NCBI GenBank assembly: GCA_951406725.2
Contig: OX597831.1
Location: 60,140,001-60,204,000 of the forward strand
DNA: 64,000 nucleotides
Direction: 5' to 3'
DNA from: Octopus vulgaris
Taxonomy: Eukaryota
Below are positions 42,691-53,708 of the stretch, in pieces (positions within the stretch are counted from its first letter, which is position 1; the number at the start of each line of letters is the position of its first letter). The position numbers were made by a program, and so were the translations under genes. The notes below the pieces were generated by a model. That model saw nothing but the letters and a program-made list of their open reading frames with translations. It ran no database searches and had not been told where the DNA came from.

Positions 42691-44689
42691 TAACAAAGAC
42701 AAATACTGAGACGAATTAACAGAAAACGCATCAGAGAATGTTATACTATTCTCGAAGTGGGAATGACTTAATCGCACTTGACTTTTCATTTGACGTAACT
42801 AGAATGATCGGTTTGCATCTGAAGCATAACTGTATTTCTAGAACTAAACTTCAAACCTCAGCTGGGTATCTCATTACCGGATAACGCATGGTACTTCAAA
42901 GTTTTCAGTAGCAAAATAAATGTGCATAAACGAGTAAAAATAATTGCTAGCTAAGATCTGCGGGATAAATAATAATGTATTTAGTGATAGATGTTTTTGC
43001 TGCTATGATTACTGTGATGGACATAATAATGATGTACATTGTCTACGTGGAAGTGAGGACGTCATGTGGTGGAGAGTCATTTATCTCGGATAATCAATGA
43101 CCCATATCTGTCATTGATAGGCGAATAAAGAGGAAAATGATAACAGAATTGCTTCACCATCAATGGTAATCGTATGATTGAAATGTAGTTGCTTCCGCTG
43201 TTGCTGCTGTTGATGATAGTGGTGAAGATGATAACAATAACGATGGTGGTGATGCTGGTGGTGAGGTTAATATTGCTAGTAAAATTGATGGCAATAATAA
43301 TAATAACATCAACGATGATTAGGTTGATTAAAATAATGTCGATAATAAAGATGACAATGAGAATGAGTATGATGGTAAAGACGATTGCGGCAGTTACAAT
43401 GATGACGCTGGTGATGTAGATTCTTAGATAATTAAACAGCTTAGTACACAATCATAGAAAAATCGCGTAGATGCTAATGGTGTGGGCTATTTTAGCAGTA
43501 TTTACGTAATAAAAAAGAGCCGACGGCTCGAGTCCGATTCAGTGCTTACATGTGATTATGTTCACCTGTAGATGCAATATTATATGCATATCTTTATTTC
43601 TGTATAAAAATTACTTTTTAATATCTGACAATAGCAACAAGTCTGTCAAACAGAATTTATCGTTAAATGAAGCTACATAACTTAGTCAAACATTCGCAAA
43701 CATGATGCAAGCAATACGTATAATAAAGTATTTCATTTTAAGCTCACTATTGTCAAATAATTGAAGAGAAATTGCATGCTTCTTTAAAATTCAATAAACA
43801 TTGTAGTTTTTCTAGACCTGTATAGAACTGCATGGTGGTTACTACATATGCAGCTATAGTATTTGCTTAAGAGAAAAAGAGTAGATTGCAGGGATAATTA
43901 TAGAAATCATAACGGATGATATTGAGAAAGGAATAGAAGGTAAGAAAAAAGATATGAGGTAAAATCAGAAACAGAAACAAATACTGCTCAATGTGTATCA
44001 TCATAAGTTCTTCCTAGGTGCGAATGAAGGAGGATGTTTTAGCGTTGATAATTCAGATTAAGATTATACATTCTACTGCGTTATTTCAGTAGCTTATACG
44101 AATATTTTAATTCTTAAATTGCAGCTCAAATTCTATAAAATGTTTCTTTATTCTCCAAGATTCAGTCGGGATTTGATTCTTAAGAGACAGCATAATGTGT
44201 TCACGATGTGAGAAATATTGAAGTAAACAAAGCAATCAAATGATCTACCTGTTTTATTTTATTAAAACACATACATATATTAGCTACATAATCGTATACC
44301 AATATTTAAGTATATTTACGCACTTATGAATATTGAGTATGTAAATGTATAGGAAATATATTCAATATTGAATAAATAATTTGCCATAAATGAATACATA
44401 GCTGAATCTTGAGCAATGAAAGCAGCCAGAAATATTCCTTATCTCCCTGGAAATGAAGCTTCATATATCTGGTCATATCAACAATAGGTTGGCGGGCATC
44501 GCTCGCGAAAAATGTATCTCGCAGGTTCATATTGGTCTTGATAAACACGTTCTGTCCAAATTGGTATCTGAAAGCCGTACTTGTTGGGAAATGCGAACAA
44601 ACTCCATTAGAATAAGTATGAACGTTCATTGCAAGTTACAATTTTATTATAAAACATTCATGAATTAAAAATAAAGTGTTTAAGCTAAA

Positions 44690-45020
44690 CTTAGTATCCA
44701 TCACTATCAAAGTGCATCTCGATTTCATCAAAGTGTTACCGTCTGCTCATCCTTGAAGAGCAGACATGTTCCTGAACGTTTTATTGGTACAATCATCATT
44801 GGTGATGAAACATAAGGTATCTATAGTTATATCAAATGATAACTACATAGTAGAGTATCCAATGACAAAAGAGTTCTCATTCTTCAAACAAGATTGCGCA
44901 TGAAAAGTTGATATCCTCTGTGTGTGACGTAATACGAAGTGTATCACCTATAATGACGTCTTGAAATGGTACGATAGATAATGCAGACATTTATTATCAC
45001 CGTCTAAATGCATTGACTTT
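44690..45020 (+). pseudogene. Very decayed mariner transposase fragment
   Basis: FIGTIIIGDET (cf. IITGDETW) and NADIYYHRLNAL-like segments. Confidence 0.5.
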
Positions 45021-45729
45021 GAATATGCTGTAGAAACAAACATCATTAGTCAGTCGTAAATAATATTACTCATACAAAAGCACATGCACGCAAATACACA
45101 AGAAACCGTACGTTTATACAAAGACATAAATATCTACATACATACTAATACGGACGGACACAAGTGCACACGCACATGCACATGTATACACACGCACACA
45201 CGCACGCACACACACACACACGCACGCACACACACAAACACGCTCCGAAATATGTTTGTCCAGACATACGTATACACGCACGCAATCATACATTTTCACA
45301 CAAACGCAAGAATGTACATATTTAAGCGCGCATACACGCACAAACACACATACATATACGCACAAACAAACACATATACACACAAACACACACAGAAGAT
45401 CTTAATTTTGCCAGCCTCTGACGCCACCAGGTTCCTGCCCAGGCATGCTGTCGCATTTTTAACGGAATTGCTGTCGCTAAATCGTCGATCTTACTCTAAC
45501 AGCAAATGTGATTCAATTTGACCAATAGCAGCGCACGTTTAGAGGCTATTTTGGATCTCCAATGCCCCTCGATTCTGTAATCTGAGTTTGAATGAACTAT
45601 CTGTAAAAAGCCTCCGAAAATTTAAATCACATAGTTCCGAAACGAACTGTTTGAAATATTAAAATGTACGTAAAAACTTTCACGCCTTGCTTTGTTTATC
45701 TACTCACCCTTATATATAAAGGATACAAA

Positions 45730-45792
<63 letters not shown>

Positions 45793-45793
45793 G

Positions 45794-45850
<57 letters not shown>

Positions 45851-46143
45851 CTATCTATCTATTTATATGTCTATCTATCTAAAGAGTCTATGACTCAATG
45901 TATTTATTTAAGACAAGCAATTATTGCCCTAAAATATGTTTATTTATAGGTGTTGCAAAGTAGTTCATTAATAATTCGTATAAAATGTTTCTGTTATAAG
46001 GAAATCAGTTTTCGACTACAGAAAATAGAATTATTATTTTTTGTTATATAAATTTTAAATAGGAATAATGTAAAATTATTCATTATGAAAAAGAAAACGA
46101 TTTATATATATATATATGTATGTATGCATTTATGTGTATGTCC

Positions 46144-46175
<32 letters not shown>

Positions 46176-46206
46176 TAAAATAAGCAACAATGATCTCCAG
46201 TGTTAA

Positions 46207-46293
46207 TGCAGTACGGTCGTTTCATGCAACTCCGTTTAATTGATCACTGCGATCATTACATTAAATTGTAATGCAGAGCAATCATCAGCTGCA
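46207..46293 (-). ncRNA. Hammerhead ribozyme with extended, branched stem II
   Basis: UGCAG-CUGAUGA-[~58-nt stem II]-GAAA-CGACCG-UA-CUGCA; perfect 5-bp stem I, canonical core, GUA cleavage site. Confidence 0.75.
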
Positions 46294-46670
46294 GAAAGAC
46301 ATAGAATTTAATTAAAATAGAACAGATGGATATATTAGCATAATTATACCTGAATCTCCAAGAAGTTACTTAGTTAGATAAAGAACATGCTGTCTCACTC
46401 CAGTTTAGAAGTTATTGAATTTTCAAGAAGATATACATTGTTACAGACTCTGCCTGTCACTGATTGTTTTGTTTTTATGGGGACAGTTTCAATGTATAGA
46501 TTAGTTTATCAAATCCATTATATATCTAAGGCTGAGAGAACAGAGGGCAATATCTGTTATATATATCAGAGTAAGCACATACATGCGAAAGAAGGTGGGC
46601 AAAATAGTGCTCGAATACCAGAGGTAGAGTAATATACTGTATTAAAAAGCAGCAAAAATATCAAAAAAAG

Positions 46671-46702
46671 TGTTACAGTTTCACGTTCCTGGTCGTCAGA
46701 CA
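46671..46702 (-). ncRNA. Decayed minimal hammerhead in a PLE pLTR-like fragment
   Basis: UGU-CUGACGA-CCAGGAACGU-GAAA-CUG-UA-ACA; core intact, stem II poorly paired. Confidence 0.5.
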
Positions 46703-47499
46703 GTATGTTTAGAATGGAACAAAAATAAGTTTATAAGCAAATATATACAAGTAGTTTAATAGATAAAAATTTGAAACTGTTTTAGTTTCATTGGCCCTTT
46801 CAATTAATGGTCTTTACAAAGAACGGTTGCATGCAATGAACACATTTCGGTATAAAATCATCTCAATATAAAATCGAAAAAAAAAACTCAAATAAAAAAT
46901 AGCTTAAAAAGAATGACATAGCGTAAATACCCAGGGTAAATAATTATCTGTAAAATATAAATCAATTAATACATTAAAAGTATATATGTCTGCATACATA
47001 CATATGCAGACATATATAGGCAAGACATAAATCATATATATATATATGTACGGACACACACATGCATGTACACAAATTCTCCTGCCGTATGCTTATAAAT
47101 TTACTTGTTACCGACGAAAGAAAGAGAAAGACGAAAATCAGAATATATTATGTATGGCGGGGGAGGAAGAAAACATAATTATATACGTGAGTAAACAATA
47201 AAAATAAACCTCGGTGAAGCCTAACCTTCGATTTGCAAAACTGTTGAAAGCTTTCTAAAAATTGAAGTCGAAATAAACACTGGTGCTGCAATGCAACACC
47301 GTGTACAGCATTGCAATGGTGGTGCAGTGTCGGAGTAAACACTGGTATTGCAATAGCTATGCCGTGTATAGTCAAATTCATTTGGGACATTAAAAAAGAA
47401 TATATATTTCGAAAGTCAAAATATTTTACCTTATGGTATTTTGTCGGTTGATGTTTTAAACGTTCCGTCGTGCCTACAGGAATTTAAGAGTTTGCGTCT

Positions 47500-48150
47500 C
47501 TGGTTCTCTTGGAACAGGATGAAGAAGTGTTTTTAGAGGCAATCATTACACGTCATAGGTCTTCTACAAGCTCCATGTCTGTATGCTGAAGCTCTTTCTA
47601 GAATTTTCCAGGTTACATTGAAAGGACGGGTATCGTTATGTTTCGGTTGAGAGACATGCTTCGCAAGACTAATCGCTGTCCTGGTCTCGGGGTATCAGAA
47701 AAGATTTCGGTGGGAATAGAATCGAGTCTTGAATGATTATTCCGAAGTCACTGTACATGTTTTATATTCTTGCGAGCCATCTACTTGCACTTTGGCTCTA
47801 TAATACCTTTTTGAATACATTTTCCTTCCAACTGACAGCTAGTCTCATCTTTACAGTTGCAGTTCCTCAAATTAGTTTCGGCACTCTAGTTGTCTGTAAT
47901 AAATTCTGTGTTATGCTAGCTCATAACAGAGGCGAAGTTATTGCAATAAGAATAGCTAACATCCAGTGTTCTGTTAAATATACTGCAGAACTTATGGCTA
48001 GATTGAAAGAGCTTAGAAATTAATTTTAAGAATAAAAATGGATAAATTAGATGCTGAATATTTCGGACAACGTGAGAAATATAAGGTAGAACAACCCGCC
48101 TCTGAAGTAAGAGTGGAATTATATATCCCTCGTTATTTTTAGTGCCGAAC
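47500..48150 (-). pseudogene. Decayed PLE GIY-YIG region (a second, older PLE family)
   Basis: Minus: SIFNRTLDVSYSYCNNFASVMS*HN...RNCNCKDETSCQLEGKCIQKGII...FKTRFYSH, like the CNC...CPL.GKC...VVY/YIG linker and endonuclease of PLEs. Confidence 0.65.
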
Positions 48151-48696
48151 AATTTTCAAATGCGAACCTGTCAATATTTTTAGTTGTAGGTAATGTAAGG
48201 ATAATATGATATTGGTTATCCAAGAAATTTCATAGCAATATTTACACATGATAGAGATTATATTCAGTGTCATCACTATATATTTTCGGAGATGAATTCA
48301 GAATTTTTTTCTATCAGCTGAATTAAATTTTGAATTTATTAATACAAAGAATTGCCTGCAACTCAGTTTTGTTTCTGTACAAAACGTACGCACAAATATG
48401 AATTTGTATGTGAGTATATATATAAATGAATATTTGAGTTGCGTGCATATATGTATATGTGTCTGTTTTTGTAGAAGAATGAAGATAGAGTTTTATATGC
48501 ATACATATGTGTGTGTTTGTGTGTGATTGTATGTATTTATCAGTGTGTACGCAATGTATAGAGAATATAAATTTACATTTGTAAATAACAAACGCAAATG
48601 GACTTAGGTATCTAACATAAATGGAATGAATTATATTTCATATCTAGCTTCTATTCAGAAGTTTACTGTTTAATGCAATTCCTTTCTCTCTTGCAG

Positions 48697-48898
48697 GCTT
48701 CTGTCTACATTTACATCGGCAAGAAAGAAGGAGCCATATTATCTGAAGATGAATTTATCTTTCCTAAATTGCAAAGAAAAGAACAATCTCGGAACTCTAT
48801 ATAAGAAGATAACATTTTGTCAACTCCCCTGCATAAAGACGAAGAAGCATTTGAAATATCTGAGGATTATGACACATCTGGAGATTTTCAGGCGCTAG
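48697..48898 (+). other. Candidate exon of an unidentified host transcript
   Basis: Polypyrimidine acceptor CCTTTCTCTCTTGCAG|G and possible donor AG|GTATTA; frame from 48698 open for 66 codons to TAG; no recognisable domain. Confidence 0.3.
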
Positions 48899-49452
48899 GT
48901 ATTAATGCTATACGTGTTTTAATGATTTTATATTATAAACTGTACATGTTTTCTTTATAGCAAGCTCATAAAAGTTTCTTTGCATTTACTATTTTTTCAT
49001 TAGGTTATTTAAGTTATTTTCATTTTTCCCAGATCGCGATATCGAATTTTAAAAGAAGCCTTATCTTTCACAGATATTTTATCTTTAAATTCAATTTGCT
49101 TCATACGCTGATATATTTACTAATGTTTTTACAGTTGTTTTCTGTAAATTCATACGAGGAAATTTCAGCTGGCAAATGAAGCTGTACAACAAATGAAAAA
49201 ACGACTTATTATTCTGAAAATAAAATAAAATCTTTGGCATCAAGGTATAATATTTCAGGATATGATGGTAAATTCTTAGAAGGCATCAGGATGATGTTAT
49301 ATATATTAAATGTAAATCTTTGAAAGCTAAAATTGTAAACATGTTCGCATATATTAACAATGAAGCTACGAGCTACGGTAGTATCCACCCTTAAGGGTTG
49401 GCCACGTTTATGTGGCAATTATATATATCACGATACATGTGTGTATATATAC

Positions 49453-49504
<52 letters not shown>

Positions 49505-49517
49505 GTATATATATATG

Positions 49518-49567
<50 letters not shown>

Positions 49568-49612
49568 AAAAAGGTTGAGTTGTGGGGTATCGCACGAGTG
49601 GGATTATATAAG

Positions 49613-50275
49613 AAAAAAGGTTTGAAAATGCAATTTAAACGATGTTTATTTACTTAACCGGTTTCACTCTTTGGTAAAAGATTGTCAAAAGTAACATTAA
49701 AAATAACATTGAATAATATGGGTTCAAAAAAGTTTTTTACATAATTGTCACATTGAATATTATGCATTCAAAAAAGTTTTTTACATAATTGTCACATTGG
49801 ATATTATGAATTCAAAATTGTTTTTTTATACAAAATTGTCACATTACATGTATAAATATAGTGTTTGGTAACAGAGAAGTTCAATGTGTGATGAGAATAT
49901 ATGGAAAAATTGGCAGAAAAGGATAAAACAAATATATTATTGGAAATTTGGTTGCGTTAATTATTGGTTGTCGCAAATTGTCACATTACATGTATATATA
50001 TACAGTCTTTGGTATATATATACAATCTTTTGACAGCAAAAATTAAAATGGATTTTTTATACATCTCAGAATATTTTAAGTTGAAGGCGAGAATATGTTG
50101 TTACTGACCTGTTTGTTTTAGCAGAAAGGTTGAATTGAGAGAAAAAAGGTTGTACCCAGTGTGGTGTATATTTCCCCTTCAGGCATCAATGGTTTTGGGG
50201 TTATCAGGAGGTTAGTATGTGGGTGTGAATAGATATGTCCGTGCCTGCTGGTCAAGCAGCGTCTGTTTGTCACAC

Positions 50276-50303
<28 letters not shown>
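49613..50303 (-). repeat. 3' pseudo-LTR arm of the PLE
   Basis: Reverse complement of 54866-55556 with about five mismatches counted by eye; contains three ~44-bp tandem units at 49711-49850. Confidence 0.95.
49650..49694 (-). ncRNA. Minimal hammerhead ribozyme, U3-A8 variant (sense to the ORFs)
   Basis: UUACUU-UUGACAA-UCUUU(UACC)AAAGA-GU-GAAA-CCGG-UU-AAGUAA; 6-bp stem I, palindromic stem III. Confidence 0.65.
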
Positions 50304-50306
<3 letters not shown>

Positions 50307-50746
50307 ACAACAACAACACACACACACACACAACACACACACACGCACACACACACAACACACGCACACATACATACATAATCTAAATATCACACAAATA
50401 CACCTAGCATATATATACACATACAATATACAAATACAGCATGTATATAATACACATACACAATATATGCATGCAATATACGTACGCAATACATACATAT
50501 AATATATATATATATAGACAATGCATACATATATATACACGCAATGCATATTCATGCACATATGGCACACCTACAATATACATATATACAATGCACACAT
50601 ACACACACATATATACACTTAATTGTACACATACATATACAATACACATACATACAATATACATATACACAATGCGCATGCAAATAATGCACATGTTTAT
50701 ACACGCATAAACATGCAAATAAATATACACACACACACATACACAT

Positions 50747-50797
<51 letters not shown>

Positions 50798-50982
50798 CAT
50801 ACATACATACATGCACATACATATATTTTTTCACACACATACACACACATATATATATATATAATTCACACACACACCCACACACACAAATTACAAACCT
50901 ATAGCGTACACACTCAAATATATCTCTACATACCGCAAACACACAAACAATGTACTCACATATACACACTTACCATGCATAT

Positions 50983-51046
<64 letters not shown>

Positions 51047-51270
51047 AAATACACATATAAATACATACACACGTATACAATGCTCACACACACACACAGA
51101 CACACATACACACACGCACACAGTGCACACACACACACATATATACACACGTGCACACACACACACACAACGCGCGCACACAGTGCACACACACACACAT
51201 ATATATACACACGCGCACACACATACACAACGTGCACACACACACACATACATAACCTACATATATATAA
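50270..51270. repeat. ~1 kb degenerate (CA/TA)n tract within the PLE 3' region
   Basis: Seen directly; lies between the EN stop and the unique pLTR sequence. Confidence 0.9.
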
Positions 51271-51421
51271 TGCATGCGTGTGTATGCCATGTACGTGTCC
51301 GGTCAATGCCCGCTAGTGTGTCCTATGCGTGCCGATGTGTGCATGTGCCCGCCCGCACGATATGCTGTGAGTGTGCGCGTGTCCCTGTGTGCTTGCTCTG
51401 GATGTGTTTCCAGGGGGTATG

Positions 51422-53708
51422 TTAGGGTATGTTTAGTTGTGGTCTGTATTTTTGAATAAGATTACTTTCCTTATTTATTCGTGTTTGGTCTGTGGTGTTG
51501 TCCGAGCATTGGTATAGTGGGAAGACTAAGAATTTGGGGGACTTATTGTGTGCACAAAGGTCTAAGTGTCCACTTAGTGGTATCTGTTGTTGTCGGTGAA
51601 CTGTCATTCTTTCTCTGAGGGTAAGGCTCGTTTGCCCTATGTAGTCTTCGCGGCATCCTTCACACCTTATGACGTAGAGTAAATTTTTTGATGCGCACGT
51701 GAAATTATTTTTTATGATGAATGTGTGTCCCGAGTGGAACTTGTACGACGATCCCTCAATGAGGTGGATGCAGGTCTTGCAGTTGGGGCGACCACATTTT
51801 TTGATGGTGGGCGGTGGGTTTGTGTTGTGTAATTTTGCGTTGGTGAGGAGGTTTTTTAGGGATTTAGGTTGTCTCTTACTGTTTATTATTTTATGAGCTG
51901 CCAGTATTTTTTTCAGGCGTTGGGTCTTGATTTAGTTGTGGAACGTTGTTGTATATAATAGTGTAAGCTTCTGCATTCCTTGGGTTGTGTGTTGAGAGAT
52001 AGGGGAGGTTATTTACTGTACTGTGGATGTGTTTGGGTTTTCATAGGTCTTGAATGTTGATTGATTTGGCCCGTTCTATTCCGTTGTCTACTAGTGATGC
52101 CGGGTAATGTCTTTCGAGAAGAATTGCCCTTAGTTCCCGGAGTCTTCTATTTCGTGTTGTGTCATTTGAGACAATAGTGCAGATTCTTCTCGCTAGGTTG
52201 AAGGGGATATTTGTCTTTGTGTGTTTTGGGTGATTGGAGGTGAATAGAAGGTATTGTTTAGAGTCAGTGGGTTTGTAATGGATGTCAGTTTCAATGTTGA
52301 CGCCTTTTTTAATGATTAGGATGTCAAGAAAAGGGAGTTGGTCCTGACTATATTCCATTGTGAATTGAATGTTGTTATTTACACCGTTGATAAGGTTTTT
52401 GAAGTCTATAAGTTGGTCGAGTGTGTGGGACCATAGGATGAGGCAATCATCTAAGTAGCGTTTCCAGTTCTCCAACAGGTATTTGTGGAAAGACTGGCCG
52501 TACTTATATTTGGATTTTTCATAGATATGTGATTCCAGGTAGGCCATCACCAGGTTTGCATAGGTAGGTGCAACTTTCGTACCCATTGCAGTTCCTGAGA
52601 CCTGTCTGTAAGTGTTGTTGTGGAAATACATGAAGTTGTTTTGCAGAATAAATTTGAGGCCCTCAATTATGAATTCTTTTTAAATTCTTTCCGGGATCTC
52701 ATTGGGATATTTATCCAGCCAGAATTTAATGGCTTCCAGTCCATATTCATGTGGGATTGTGGTGTAAAGATTAATAACATCAAAAGAAACGATTAAGGTG
52801 TCTTTATCGGCATGTTTGGGGAGATGATTTAATAGGTCCAGGTCATCTCTTACAATACTTGGAATGTGTTTCAGTATTGGCTTTAAGATGATATCTATAA
52901 AGTTGCTAAGTCTGTGTGTTTCACAACTTGGGCCTGCCACTATTGGTCTCAGTTTGAGATCAGTGGGATGTGGTATAGTGATGCAGGTTGAAGTGGACTT
53001 TTTGCAAGCTTCTGTGATAATTTGACTCTTGTGTATTTTTGGAAGCCCATAGAGTGTGCTGGTTTTCCAATTAAATTTAGTAATGTAGTCGCATTCCTTT
53101 GCTGTCAAGTCATTCCGGTATTGGTAAATGAGTGCCTTCAGTTTGGTCATTGTTTTTGATTGCTGGTAGTCGACTACTCTTTCGTAGTATGTGGTATCCT
53201 CTAAAAGGAGAGATATAGAGTTTTTATATTGCTCAGTATTCATAACAACGACCGTACTAGCCTTATCAGCTTCCTTTATTGTGACGTCATGATTGTCTCG
53301 TAGCGTATGGATGATTTCCCATTCTCTTTTACTGGTGTTGGGTTTGAGTTTAGGTTGTGGGAGTTCACCATAAGGGAAGTTGGAGATGTAATCGCAAAAT
53401 TTGTCTAAGGTTTTGTTTTTGCCTTTTATGGGATTATAGTTGCTTTTGTTACAGACCATTGATTCGTCGTTATTATTAGTTTTCCTGTCAAAAAATTCCT
53501 CTGTGAGGCGTAATTTTCTGCAAAAGTGTGAGATGTCATCCTGTATTTCCTTCAGGTTAGGGAATTGCGGAGTTGGGGTGAATTTTAGTCCTCTTGAAAG
53601 GATTTTTATTTGTGGTGTCGACAGGTTTAGGTTAGAAAGATTCACTATTTTTGGTTTTTCGGGGTTGGTATCTACCATCTGGTGTCGTGGAAACTGATGC
53701 CCTTGCCT
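51422..53708 (-). pseudogene. PLE reverse transcriptase + GIY-YIG endonuclease ORF (two in-frame stops, one frameshift)
   Basis: IVNLS, LSRGLKFTPTP, EADKAS, LPKIHKS...DLKLRPIVAGP, SFDVINLYT, GTAMGTKVAP, KRYLDD, LPFLD; then CGRPNCKTC, NLLYVIRCEGCREDYIGQT, RMTVHRQQ, SGHL, ...RPQLN; stops at 52680 (TAA) and 52041 (TGA), frameshift near 51920. Confidence 0.93.

Noticed and set aside
43077-43451. Hydrophobic 124-aa ORF resembling a membrane protein
   Set aside because: Decayed (GAT/GGT/AAT)n low-complexity DNA; similar tracts at 13230-13560 and 31100-32180
49711-49850. CRISPR-like array
   Set aside because: Contiguous tandem units without unique spacers; eukaryotic context, no cas genes
52041-52043. 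In-frame TGA in the PLE ORF as possible selenocysteine (some Naiads are reported selenoproteins)
   Set aside because: Context IQDL*KPK fits Arg CGA>TGA CpG decay rather than a Cys position; the EN cysteines are all TGT/TGC and the other stops are TAA
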